A stretch of 64,000 bases of DNA from Ferruginibacter sp. GTDB taxonomy: Bacteria > Bacteroidota > Bacteroidia > Chitinophagales > Chitinophagaceae. The position numbers were made by a program, and so were the translations under genes. The stretch is from assembly GCA_039919015.1 (NCBI GenBank), contig JBDSGK010000017.1:17380-81379 (forward strand). Direction: 5' to 3'. Shown here piece after piece: positions 29,736 through 39,063 of the stretch (position 1 is its first letter; each line of letters opens with the position of its first letter). A model generated the notes under the pieces. It saw only the letters and a program-made list of their open reading frames with translations, was not told where the DNA came from and searched no databases.

Positions 29736-30863
29736 CTATGATTTACTGTCTTCAGCTACTTTCTCAGCAGCAGCTGCCCTATTTCTTTTCCTGGTCCAGA
29801 TCTCTCCTTTATGGCGGGTTGGAATTTCATCGCCTAACAATTTACCCCAGGGTTTCATTTCAGGTAAGCGGTCAAATATTATTTTTAATATCGCTAAAAA
29901 AGGAATGGAGAGGAACATACCGGATATACCCCACAAAGCCCCGCCCAAAAGCACGATCACAATGGAAAAGAATGCATTGATCTTTACCCTTGAGGAAACC
30001 AAAAAAGGCACCAGGAAATTATTATCTATGAACTGGATCAAACTATACGAAGCAATGATCGCTACAGGAGTTGTAAAACCATCCTTGGTCACCGCAGCGA
30101 TCAGCACGGGTAAAGCAATGGCAACAATGCCGCCAATATAGGGAAGCATATTCAGCAATGCGCCGATCACACCAAGTAAAATGGCGTACTCAACACCACA
30201 AAGCAATAGTGCAATAGAATTAAGTATGGCTACTACAAATGCTTCCAGCAGTAAACCCACCATATAACGCTGAATGGCGGTTTTCGTTTCGCCTAATATA
30301 GCAGAGACCTTATCTGAATTTTTTTCTGCAAAAATCTCATGAAGAAAATTGATCATGAGCGTTTTATAATACAGCAACAGGAAAACGTAGATGGGCACCA
30401 GCACAAAAAAGCCAATTATACCAAAAGCACTTCCAAGTGTTTTCCCCAACAATGCCTGGCTTCCTGATGTGGTATCATTGATCATCTGCTGTTGCTTTTT
30501 CAATGATAATTTAAAATTATTGGCGAGCCAGTCCTGTATGTCTTTAAAATGTTCATTGAATTTCACTTTTAATTGCGGCAGGTTATCCCCGAAATTCATC
30601 AGTTGAGACGAAATAAAATATAAGATGCCGGCAACGCACACGATAGCCAATGTTAATGCAATGGAAATGGCCAGTACTTTTTTTACTCCCTTTTGTTGTA
30701 ATTTATTTACAAGCGGGTTCAATAGAATCGCAATAATGAAAGAAAAGGCGATCGGCGCTAATATGTCGCTTAAATTAAACAGCGCATGGCTTATCAATAC
30801 AAGGCCCAGAATAATAACCGTACTCTTGAAGTAGAATGGATACTGCTTTGAAGATGTTATCAT
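29736..30863 (-). CDS. AI-2E family transporter
   Basis: PIAFSFIIAILLNP, LNMLPYIG, QFIDNNFLVP and LWGISGMFLSIP. ATG 30863 preferred. Confidence 0.9.
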   Translation of the reverse strand: MITSSKQYPFYFKSTVIILGLVLISHALFNLSDILAPIAFSFIIAILLNPLVNKLQQKGVKKVLAISIALTLAIVCVAGILYFISSQLMNFGDNLPQLKVKFNEHFKDIQDWLANNFKLSLKKQQQMINDTTSGSQALLGKTLGSAFGIIGFFVLVPIYVFLLLYYKTLMINFLHEIFAEKNSDKVSAILGETKTAIQRYMVGLLLEAFVVAILNSIALLLCGVEYAILLGVIGALLNMLPYIGGIVAIALPVLIAAVTKDGFTTPVAIIASYSLIQFIDNNFLVPFLVSSRVKINAFFSIVIVLLGGALWGISGMFLSIPFLAILKIIFDRLPEMKPWGKLLGDEIPTRHKGEIWTRKRNRAAAAEKVAEDSKS

Positions 30864-30890
30864 ATCATATTTATATTTAACCAACCATTA

Positions 30891-30923
30891 AAAAAGCCTG
30901 TACAAGATATGCACAGGCTTTCA
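30891..30923 (-). terminator. Intrinsic terminator on the minus strand
   Basis: Minus strand reads GAAAGCCTGTG..TACAGGCTTTTTT. Confidence 0.65.
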
Positions 30924-30945
30924 CATTGCTTTGAAATAGGCCGTT

Positions 30946-31407
30946 TTATTTTTCCTCAGTGTTCACCTTCTTCACAAAACTGTAATTATTATTGGTGAAG
31001 CTAAAATGAAAGATGCGGTTATAATCCTTACTAAAATGTTCGTCATTATCGGTACCAACAATATTGCTGATCACATTAAAAGCTTCCGTCCTGAAGCAGA
31101 GTAAAACATTTTGCCTGCCACTCATTTCGCTGTTAATATTTTCAAACATTTTACTTAAATGCGTTTTATCAAACTCGCTCTTAATACCCTTGGTTCCCCT
31201 GATGGTACTGCGGCAACGGTTATAAGGGTCAGAGGTTTTTATATCAATGGATTGATAGAAAATGTGATCAAAATAAATGTCTTTAAAATAGTTATCCAGG
31301 AATAATCCAAAATCGATCCCCTCTTTTGATAAGTGCAGGTAATCGGGTTTATTTTTTTCCTCGATCAACATTTTACCATGGCGAACGATGTACAGGTTAT
31401 TGCTCAT
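30946..31407 (-). CDS. Divergent histidine-phosphatase-like protein
   Basis: N-terminal YIVRHG motif, LSKEG and NVLLC; AT-rich. ATG 31407 preferred. Confidence 0.5.
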   Translation of the reverse strand: MSNNLYIVRHGKMLIEEKNKPDYLHLSKEGIDFGLFLDNYFKDIYFDHIFYQSIDIKTSDPYNRCRSTIRGTKGIKSEFDKTHLSKMFENINSEMSGRQNVLLCFRTEAFNVISNIVGTDNDEHFSKDYNRIFHFSFTNNNYSFVKKVNTEEK

Positions 31408-31670
31408 AAATTGATAGCTGCATTTGATTCTTCTGTATTCCAAAAAACAGAACAGGAAGGAAATAAAAGATAAACAGTCAGTAAAATTAAGCTATTAAAT
31501 ATAAAAACGCCGGAATACATTGGTAACAGTAATGTTTCTGCTTGAAAAAAGTTGTCAGGCTTGACATTCGCTTTAAATTAAGTTGATTCAGACGGAGGCA
31601 CTACATTAAGTGTAGACCACTTCTCAAATAAAACCTTCTGCCATCCTGTCACAATCTCCCGGCTTTTAAC

Positions 31671-31678
31671 TATCTTTG
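31671..31678 (+). promoter_or_regulatory. Bacteroidota -7 promoter box for the miaB operon
   Basis: TATCTTTG, 23 nt upstream of ATG 31701. Confidence 0.6.
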
Positions 31679-31700
31679 CCCTCTTAAAAAATTGGCGTTG

Positions 31701-33203
31701 ATGCTGGACCTGGTTACAAGTAAACAACATGACGAATCAAGGCAAGGAGAAGCATTTGCCCCCTTTGTAAGCGATATAAATACTTTCAAAAAGCATTTTT
31801 ATATTGAAAGCTATGGTTGTGCCATGAACTTTGCCGACAGTGAGGTAGTGGCATCTATTTTACTTGAAAATGGTTTTGGCGCCACAAACAATTACCGCGA
31901 AGCCGATCTCATCTTTATAAACACCTGTTCGATCCGGGAAAAAGCCGAAACCACGGTAAGAAAAAGACTCACCGAATTCAGAAGCATAAAAAAAGAAAGG
32001 CCGGGCCTTTTAGTAGGTGTGTTGGGCTGTATGGCCGAGCGCTTAAAAGCTAAATTCATTGAAGAAGAGAAACTGGTTGATATCGTTGTTGGACCCGATT
32101 CCTACCGCAGTTTACCAGGACTGATAGAAGGAGCTGAAACCGGGCAAAAAGGCGTGAATGTGTTATTGAGTCGTGATGAGACCTATGCCGATATTGCTCC
32201 CATCCGCTTGAACAGTAATGGTGTTACTGCATTTGTAAGCATCATGCGTGGCTGCAACAATATGTGTTCATTTTGTGTGGTACCTTTTACAAGAGGAAGA
32301 GAGCGTAGCCGTGATGCTGCATCCATCATCAACGAATGCAAAACTTTATTTGAAGATGGTTACCGGGAAGTAACACTGTTGGGACAAAATGTGGACAGTT
32401 ATTACCAAGCCCCCCCGACCCCCCAAGGGGGGAGTCTGGAAGACTCAGCGAATTCAGAACAACCTTTGAATTTGCTGACTGCTAAGAACCCCCCTTCGGG
32501 GGGCAGGGGGGCCGTGACTTTCGCTTTGCTCCTTGAAAAAGTTGCGTTGATCTCTCCCCTGCTGCGTGTACGTTTTTCAACTTCCCATCCAAAAGATATT
32601 ACAGACGATGTGTTGCATACCATCGTGAAATACGAGAACATCTGCAACTATATTCACCTGCCTGTACAAAGCGGCAGCAGCCGTGTTTTACAGATGATGA
32701 ACCGCACCTATAGCCGGGAATGGTATATCGCCAAAGTGAACCGCATTAGGGAACTGATCCCCGATTGCGGCGTATCAACAGATATGATCACGGGTTTTTG
32801 TACAGAAACAGAAGAAGATCACCGGCAATCATTGAGCCTGATGGAGTATTGCAAATATGACCTTGCCTACATGTACTTTTATTCCGAAAGGCCAGGAACC
32901 CTGGCTGCCAGGAGATTTGAAGATGATGTTCCGCTGGAAGTGAAAAAGAGAAGGTTGCAGGAAATGGTTGACCTCTATCGTGGCCACTCTTTACAAGCCA
33001 TGCAAAAAGAAGTTGGAAAAACACGTAAAGTGCTGATTGAAGGGCCGTCCAAAAAAAGCGATAACGATCTGTTTGGCAGAACGGATCAAAATAAAGTAGT
33101 GGTGTTTGCAAAAGGCAATTTGAGACCTGGAGAATATGTAACTGTCAAAATAGACAAATGCACAGCTGGCACATTAATTGGCAGCATAGCGGAAAAGATC
33201 TAA
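31701..33203 (+). CDS. miaB: tRNA-2-methylthio-N6-dimethylallyladenosine synthase MiaB, with an in-frame repeat insertion
   Basis: YGCAMN, NTCSIRE and GCMAER (UPF0004); radical SAM CNNMCSFC; RFSTSHPKD; C-terminal TRAM domain. Confidence 0.97.
   Translation: MLDLVTSKQHDESRQGEAFAPFVSDINTFKKHFYIESYGCAMNFADSEVVASILLENGFGATNNYREADLIFINTCSIREKAETTVRKRLTEFRSIKKERPGLLVGVLGCMAERLKAKFIEEEKLVDIVVGPDSYRSLPGLIEGAETGQKGVNVLLSRDETYADIAPIRLNSNGVTAFVSIMRGCNNMCSFCVVPFTRGRERSRDAASIINECKTLFEDGYREVTLLGQNVDSYYQAPPTPQGGSLEDSANSEQPLNLLTAKNPPSGGRGAVTFALLLEKVALISPLLRVRFSTSHPKDITDDVLHTIVKYENICNYIHLPVQSGSSRVLQMMNRTYSREWYIAKVNRIRELIPDCGVSTDMITGFCTETEEDHRQSLSLMEYCKYDLAYMYFYSERPGTLAARRFEDDVPLEVKKRRLQEMVDLYRGHSLQAMQKEVGKTRKVLIEGPSKKSDNDLFGRTDQNKVVVFAKGNLRPGEYVTVKIDKCTAGTLIGSIAEKI
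32409..32512. repeat. GC-rich REPIN-like element inside the miaB reading frame
   Basis: Inverted 24-mers 32409-32432 and 32489-32512 (21/24 complementary), each itself a hairpin; translated as APPTPQGG...NPPSGGRGA. Confidence 0.85.
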
Positions 33204-33223
33204 TAATATTTTTAATTTAAATT

Positions 33224-33245
33224 CTCCCTTCAGGGGGTTAGGGGG
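33224..33245. repeat. Solitary REP related to the miaB insert
   Basis: CTCCCTTCAGGGGGTTAGGGGG, resembling CCCCCCTTCGGGGGGCAGGGGGG, directly before ATG 33247. Confidence 0.6.
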
Positions 33246-33246
33246 T

Positions 33247-34488
33247 ATGGAACTACAATCAATAAAAAATCGTTTCGGAATCATCGGAAATTCCTCCGGG
33301 CTAAACCATGCTTTAAATATAGCGGTACAGGTAGCCAATACCGATCTGAGTGTGCTCATCAATGGCGAAAGCGGTGTGGGTAAAGAAGTATTCTCACAGA
33401 TCATTCATGCATTAAGCGCCAGGAAACACAATCCTTTTATTGCCGTTAACTGCGGTGCCATCCCCGAAGGAACCATTGATTCGGAATTATTTGGCCACGA
33501 AAAAGGTTCTTTCACCGGGGCAGTTGACAGTCGCAAAGGTTATTTTGAGACCGTCAATGGCGGTACTATCTTTTTAGATGAGATCGGTGAATTACCATTA
33601 GGCACACAGGCCCGTTTATTACGTGTGCTTGAAGCAGGCGAATACATACGGGTAGGAAGCAGTAAAGTACAAAAAACAGATGTGCGGGTCATCGCTGCAA
33701 CCAATAAAGAGCTGATCGAATATACCCAGACCAACAGGTTCAGGGAAGATCTGTATTATCGTTTAAATACCGTACCCATCAGGGTTCCGGCATTAAGAGA
33801 AAGAAAGGAAGACATTTATTTATTGTTCCGGAAATTTGTAACTGATTTTTCTGACCGCTACAAAGGCACACCCGTACAACTGGATGAGGGGGCAAAAGAT
33901 GTGTTAATTAACTACCCCTGGCCCGGCAATGTGCGTGAATTGAAGAATATTGCAGAACAGATCTCGGTGCTCAGCCAGGATAAGACGATCAATGCAACTA
34001 CCATGAAGAGTTTTTTGCCCGAACACAATTATTCACGCCTGCCGGTTTTGGCAGGTGGTGCAGGTTCGGTGAGCCAGTCGGAGTTTGCCAATGAAAGAGA
34101 GATACTGTATAAACTTTTCTTCGACATGAAAAAAGATGTGAACGAGCTGAAGAAAATGTTCTTCGATCTTTTACAAAATCCGAACATCGCCCAGTTCGCA
34201 GAATCCCGTGGGCATGCACCCCTGTATACTGACCAGCCTTTTACAGAGTTGAATAACAACCCTTCAAATGCGTCTTCATCAAAACCTGTTTTTTTACAAC
34301 ACCATGCAGATGGTATAGACCAGCATGAAGATGTGGAAGAATCACTGAGCATTGTTGACAAAGAAAAAGAACTTATCATAAAAGCATTAAAGAAGCATAA
34401 GGGAAAACGTAAAGATGCTTCGCTCGACCTGGGTATAAGTGAAAGAACACTGTACCGTAAATTAAAAGAGTATGATATTGAAGAATAA
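33247..34488 (+). CDS. Sigma-54-interacting AAA+ transcriptional regulator (Fis family), no sensor domain
   Basis: GESGVGKE, GSFTGA, FLDEIGE, RVIAATN, FREDLYYRL and WPGNVREL; C-terminal HTH LGISERTLYRKLK. Confidence 0.92.
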   Translation: MELQSIKNRFGIIGNSSGLNHALNIAVQVANTDLSVLINGESGVGKEVFSQIIHALSARKHNPFIAVNCGAIPEGTIDSELFGHEKGSFTGAVDSRKGYFETVNGGTIFLDEIGELPLGTQARLLRVLEAGEYIRVGSSKVQKTDVRVIAATNKELIEYTQTNRFREDLYYRLNTVPIRVPALRERKEDIYLLFRKFVTDFSDRYKGTPVQLDEGAKDVLINYPWPGNVRELKNIAEQISVLSQDKTINATTMKSFLPEHNYSRLPVLAGGAGSVSQSEFANEREILYKLFFDMKKDVNELKKMFFDLLQNPNIAQFAESRGHAPLYTDQPFTELNNNPSNASSSKPVFLQHHADGIDQHEDVEESLSIVDKEKELIIKALKKHKGKRKDASLDLGISERTLYRKLKEYDIEE

Positions 34489-35047
34489 ATCAGTTGGCAG
34501 CCGGCAGTTGACAGTTGGCAGTTGGCAAAGTGCAACAGGAAAGAGAATATTTTTGTTTGCTTATTGCCTGTTGCTTATTGCCTGTTTCAACTTCGCTACC
34601 TGCAAATATGGTTTTAAAGATGTTAGTTTGCCTGCCGAAGTAAAAACCTTCAGGGTAAATTATTTTGAGAACAAAGCTGATTACAAGAACCCGCAACTAA
34701 GCCCGCAACTTACTGAAAAACTAAAACAAAAAATAATCAGCACAACCAGGCTACAGCAAACCAATGGGGATGATGCCCATTATGATATCAGTGGTTTTGT
34801 TTCACAATATTTCACCAGCACCACAGGTATCACCAATAACAACACCAGCCTCAACCGTTTGACAGCTACCTTTCACCTGGTATTTAAAAATACACTGGAT
34901 GAAACAAAGAATTTTGAAGCTGATGTAACGTATAGTATTGACTTTGATGCTAACCTAAGCCTGTCGCAGGTTGAACAATCAAAAGGCGATGAGATATCCA
35001 AAAATTTAACCGACGCTATTTTTAATAAGATCTTTTCTAATTGGTAA
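34472..35047 (+). CDS. lptE: LPS assembly lipoprotein LptE family protein (exact start uncertain)
   Basis: FATC-KYGF lipobox-like site, KTFRVNYFEN and IFNKIFSNW; sits in the miaB-secG neighbourhood. Confidence 0.75.
   Translation: MILKNKSVGSRQLTVGSWQSATGKRIFLFAYCLLLIACFNFATCKYGFKDVSLPAEVKTFRVNYFENKADYKNPQLSPQLTEKLKQKIISTTRLQQTNGDDAHYDISGFVSQYFTSTTGITNNNTSLNRLTATFHLVFKNTLDETKNFEADVTYSIDFDANLSLSQVEQSKGDEISKNLTDAIFNKIFSNW
34490..34583. repeat. 7-bp tandem repeats (CAGTTGG/CAGTTGA and TTGCTTA/TTGCCTG)
   Basis: CAGTTGGCAGCCGGCAGTTGACAGTTGGCAGTTGG and TTGCTTATTGCCTG x2, at the 5' end of lptE. Confidence 0.75.
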
Positions 35048-35062
35048 AGTAAGATTTGTATC

Positions 35063-35866
35063 ATGCAGCACAACACAACCATTTTTGAATCACTGTTTGA
35101 CAGGAATTTTTCTGAACCGGAGAGTGAAAACTTTTTGAAAGAACTGACAGCAAAGCATCCCTATTTTTCTCCTGCCCAATATTTTCTTTTACAAAAGACT
35201 GAAGCAAATACTGAGCTCTTTGAAAAACAGGTGCTGAAAACGAATATATTTTTCAATAACCCACATTGGTTAAATTTTCAACTGCATCGCTCTTATACAC
35301 CCGGTACTACCCTACCAGTTCCGGTGGAGGAAGAGATCATTGCTCCGCTCGAAATAAAAGTAATGGAGCATACACCTGAACGGGCTGCTGATCTGCCGGA
35401 TGATACTGATGCTGCAGAAGAAGCAGTTATGGAAACAGAGATCGAGCCCATGAAAATAGAATTGAAAATGCCGGAGCAGAAAACGAACCTGGATGAAGCC
35501 TTGCTTTTTGAACCCATGCATGTGGTGGATTATTTCGCATCGCAGGGTATTAAATTATCTGATGAGGTACAAACAGCAGATAAACTGGGCAAACAGCTAA
35601 AAAGTTTTACCGAATGGCTTAAAACCATGAAAAAAGTACATGTGCCGGATGAGGCCGAAAAGGCCGTTGAAACTGATGGGAGCATACAAACCCTGGCCGA
35701 AAAAAGCAATACCGAAGCTGAGGTATTAACCGAATCTATGGCAGAGGTATTTGCCAGGCAGGGTAAACCTGGCAAAGCCAGTGAAGTGTACCAAAAATTA
35801 AGTTTGCTCAATCCTGCCAAAAGCACTTACTTTGCAGCCAAAATAGAAAACTTAAAAGGAATATAA
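35063..35866 (+). CDS. Conserved hypothetical protein with C-terminal TPR-like motif
   Basis: HPYFSPAQ; ESMAEVFARQG..A.EVYQKLSLLNPAKSTYFA. Confidence 0.7.
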   Translation: MQHNTTIFESLFDRNFSEPESENFLKELTAKHPYFSPAQYFLLQKTEANTELFEKQVLKTNIFFNNPHWLNFQLHRSYTPGTTLPVPVEEEIIAPLEIKVMEHTPERAADLPDDTDAAEEAVMETEIEPMKIELKMPEQKTNLDEALLFEPMHVVDYFASQGIKLSDEVQTADKLGKQLKSFTEWLKTMKKVHVPDEAEKAVETDGSIQTLAEKSNTEAEVLTESMAEVFARQGKPGKASEVYQKLSLLNPAKSTYFAAKIENLKGI

Positions 35867-35867
35867 T

Positions 35868-36212
35868 ATGTTAGTTTTATTTGGAATTTTAGTGATTATT
35901 GCATCTGTGATCTTAGGAATGATCGTATTGATACAGAACCCAAAAGGCGGTGGTTTATCCAGCAGCTTTGGCGGCTTTGGCAACCAGATCATGGGTGTTA
36001 AACAAACAACCGACGTACTTGAAAAAGGTACCTGGTTATTTGCGGCCATTGTTGGTATTCTTTGTATCATTTCCCCGGCTTTTATTCCAAAAGAAGGCAC
36101 GGGTACTGCTCCTAATAAAAATTTAATGGAAGACGTGAACTCAAAATTACCTGCACCGGCAACACCGGCTAACACAGCTACACCTGCCGTAATTGATACC
36201 AACAAAAAATAA
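35868..36212 (+). CDS. secG: Preprotein translocase subunit SecG
   Basis: VLIQNPKGGGLSSSFGG..MGVKQTTDVLEKGTW. Confidence 0.95.
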   Translation: MLVLFGILVIIASVILGMIVLIQNPKGGGLSSSFGGFGNQIMGVKQTTDVLEKGTWLFAAIVGILCIISPAFIPKEGTGTAPNKNLMEDVNSKLPAPATPANTATPAVIDTNKK

Positions 36213-36232
36213 TATTTTGCAATTTTTTATTG

Positions 36233-36261
36233 AACCCCGTCGCTAACCGACGGGGTTTTTT
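36233..36261 (+). terminator. Intrinsic terminator after secG
   Basis: AACCCCGTCG-CTAAC-CGACGGGGTT followed by TTTT. Confidence 0.85.
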
Positions 36262-36278
36262 GTTTTACTTTGCTTACC

Positions 36279-37292
36279 ATGAAGAGAAAAATAATTTTAG
36301 GGATCCTCATCATCATATGTTTAGTTGGAGGATATGCTGCCTGGCAGGTTTTTGGCCCAACGGTTTCTGCACCGGAAAGCAAATATTTTTATATCAGAAC
36401 AGGATCGGATTATAGTGATGTAAAACAGTCCCTGGTCGATCAGAAGATCATTGGTAATACTTTTTTCTTCGACATCGTATCCAAACAATTAAAATACCCT
36501 GGAAAAGTTAAGCCGGGCCGTTACCAGGTAAAAAAAGGCACCAGTGTTCTGAGCTTACTACGAATGTTGCGTTCGGGTAACCAGTCGGCCGTACAACTCG
36601 TCATCAATAAATTAAGATTAAAAGAAGACCTGGCTAAAAAAATTGCAGCCAACTTTGAATGTGATTCTGCGGCTGTTATGAAGGTTTTAACCGACCCGGA
36701 GATCTTGCGTAAATATGATGTAGATAATAATACACTGATGACAATTGTTATTCCAAATACCTATAGCATTTTCTGGAATACACCTGCCGAAAAGATCATT
36801 GATAAATTACATACTGAAAAAGAAAAATTCTGGAATGCAGAGCGGCTGGCAAAAGCAAAAGCCATGAACCTTACCCGGGAACAGGTGTACAGCATGGCCA
36901 GCATTGTAGAAGAAGAGACCAATAAGGAAGCAGACAAAGGAAAGATCGCAAGTGTATACCTGAACCGTATCTCAACGGGCATGAAGCTGCAGGCCGACCC
37001 CACCGTAAAATTTGCCATGAAGAATTTTGCACTGACCAGGATAAGGCAGGGGCACCTGGCCTATGATTCACCGTTCAATACATACCAGCATGCGGGCTTA
37101 CCACCGGGACCGATTTGTACCCCATCAGTTAAAACCATCGATGCCGTTTTAAATGCACCTCAAACCAATTATATTTATTTTGTAGCAAGGCCCGATTGGT
37201 CGGGCTTATCAAACTTTGCCCAGTCATATACTGAACACCTGGTAAACGCTCAGAACTACCAGCACTTCCTGGATAGTGTCAACATCAGGTAA
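36279..37292 (+). CDS. mltG: Endolytic transglycosylase MltG
   Basis: N-terminal TM helix; MASIVEEET, SVYLNRI..MKLQADPT, SPFNTY..GLPPGPI and YIYFVA. Confidence 0.95.
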   Translation: MKRKIILGILIIICLVGGYAAWQVFGPTVSAPESKYFYIRTGSDYSDVKQSLVDQKIIGNTFFFDIVSKQLKYPGKVKPGRYQVKKGTSVLSLLRMLRSGNQSAVQLVINKLRLKEDLAKKIAANFECDSAAVMKVLTDPEILRKYDVDNNTLMTIVIPNTYSIFWNTPAEKIIDKLHTEKEKFWNAERLAKAKAMNLTREQVYSMASIVEEETNKEADKGKIASVYLNRISTGMKLQADPTVKFAMKNFALTRIRQGHLAYDSPFNTYQHAGLPPGPICTPSVKTIDAVLNAPQTNYIYFVARPDWSGLSNFAQSYTEHLVNAQNYQHFLDSVNIR

Positions 37293-37353
37293 ACGGGCAG
37301 GCCCCTTCAAGCCCTGCCATTAAAATGTTTAATTGCTATATTGCATATCATTC

Positions 37354-38328
37354 ATGATAAAGCTAGAACGAAAGATCATCAACAGCCTTCCTGTTGCTTT
37401 TATACTAAATAAGAGCAAACATTGGCATTTTCCTGGTTTTGAGGGAGTTCCTGTATATGATGTGGTTCGATTTTTTTACAGGCAACTTAAAACCGTGGGC
37501 TTAACTGAACGGGCTTCGGCTGTGGCTTATAATTTCATTATGGCTATCCCGCCATCTTTTTTATTCCTGTTCACACTGGTTCCCAATCTGCCATTTATAA
37601 AAAAACGTGACATATTAAAACAGCTCACGCTCATCATAAAAGATATTATTCCGGCTGAAGGATATAACAGGGATATTATCCGCTTTATTGAGAATACTTT
37701 TTTTGGAACTGCTGTGTATGGCCTCTTATCCTTTGGTTTATTAACTGCATTCTACTTCGCTTCCAATGCCATGATGGGCATCATGCGTTCCTTTAACAGG
37801 AATTATGAAGGCTTCGAAAAAAGAAAATGGATAAAAAAACGATGGGTTGCCATACGGCTGACCGTTTTAATTTTCGGCCTGGTCATGGGTTGTATAATTT
37901 TATTAATTACACAGGGCGCAGTTTTAAAATGGCTTGGCATGGGCAGTAAATTCTGGATCGCTTTTATCTTTTACATACGCTGGATATTTATCATTGCATT
38001 AATCTTTTATTCCATAGCCTTTATTTACAAATATGCCCCGGCTGTTCAAAAAAAATGGAAGCTGAATTCACCCGGCGCTATACTGGCTACCTCCTTATGC
38101 ATCCTGGCTTCACTTGGGTTTTCCTATTTTGTCAACAATTTTGGAAAGTACAATGCACTATATGGTTCCATCGGCACCGTAATGGTCTTAATGGCACTTA
38201 TATACATCAATTCCCTGGTATTACTCATCGGTTTTGAGTTGAATGTAAGCATCAAAACACTGAGGTCTGCCGCCATTAACCGTGATGCAAAAGAAAAAGC
38301 CCTTGAAGCTGAACAAAAAACTACATGA
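37354..38328 (+). CDS. YihY/virulence factor BrkB family membrane protein
   Basis: ASAVAYNFIMAIPP, YNALYGSIGTVMVLM and LLIGFELN. Confidence 0.9.
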   Translation: MIKLERKIINSLPVAFILNKSKHWHFPGFEGVPVYDVVRFFYRQLKTVGLTERASAVAYNFIMAIPPSFLFLFTLVPNLPFIKKRDILKQLTLIIKDIIPAEGYNRDIIRFIENTFFGTAVYGLLSFGLLTAFYFASNAMMGIMRSFNRNYEGFEKRKWIKKRWVAIRLTVLIFGLVMGCIILLITQGAVLKWLGMGSKFWIAFIFYIRWIFIIALIFYSIAFIYKYAPAVQKKWKLNSPGAILATSLCILASLGFSYFVNNFGKYNALYGSIGTVMVLMALIYINSLVLLIGFELNVSIKTLRSAAINRDAKEKALEAEQKTT

Positions 38329-38378
38329 GCGGTTATCATACCACCACTCAATTCCATAACTTTAAGAAAAATACAACC

Positions 38379-38984
38379 ATGAAAAAAATACTGTTTGGCT
38401 TTATAGCCCTTGCTTCGCTTGCAACGATCGCATTTACCGTTGGCGATCCTTTACAGATCGGGAGCAACATGCCCAAGGCCGATCTTAAAATGCAGGATAT
38501 TTCCGGTAAGAATATTGCCATGCAGGATGCCAAAAAAGAAAATGGCGTAATGGTGATGTTCAGTTGCAATACCTGCCCTTATGTAGTAAAGAACCAGGAA
38601 CGCACTTTAGCCATCAGTAAATTTGCCTCAGAAAATAAAGTAGGGGTGATCATCTTAAACAGCAATGAAGCTTTACGTGGAGATGATGACAGCTACAGCG
38701 CCATGCAGGCTTATGGCAAAGACCAGGGATACAAATGGAATTATGTGGTTGATAAGAACCATGAAGTAGCCGATGCTTTTGGTGCCAACCGTACACCCGA
38801 GTGCTTTTTATTTGATAAGAACCTGAAGCTGGTTTATCATGGTGCTATCGACGATAGCCCATCTGATGTTACAGCCATCAAACGCATTCATTTGCAGGAA
38901 GCCATTAAAGAAATGGTTACAGGTAAAGAGATCAGTGTTAAAGAAAGCCGTAGTGTGGGATGTACGATTAAGAGGAATAAATAA
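38379..38984 (+). CDS. Exported thioredoxin-like (AhpC/TSA-type redoxin) protein
   Basis: MFSCNTCPYV, AFGANRTPECF, YHGAIDD and SVGCTIK; signal peptide from ATG 38379. Confidence 0.9.
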   Translation: MKKILFGFIALASLATIAFTVGDPLQIGSNMPKADLKMQDISGKNIAMQDAKKENGVMVMFSCNTCPYVVKNQERTLAISKFASENKVGVIILNSNEALRGDDDSYSAMQAYGKDQGYKWNYVVDKNHEVADAFGANRTPECFLFDKNLKLVYHGAIDDSPSDVTAIKRIHLQEAIKEMVTGKEISVKESRSVGCTIKRNK

Positions 38985-39063
38985 GTTTAAAATGTTTAGG
39001 AAGTTTAGGAAGTTTAGGGGGTTTAGAAGGTTTAGGAAGTTTAGAGGGTTTAGGGGGTTTAGA
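38983..39063. repeat. 9-bp tandem repeat (consensus RRGTTTAGR) x9
   Basis: AAGTTTAAA ATGTTTAGG AAGTTTAGG AAGTTTAGG GGGTTTAGA AGGTTTAGG AAGTTTAGA GGGTTTAGG GGGTTTAGA. Confidence 0.9.

Noticed and set aside
31560-31625. Possible small RNA around TTCAGACGGAGGCACTACATTAAGTGTAG
   Set aside because: Only a short 5-6 bp stem and no match to an RNA family I recognise; insufficient support.
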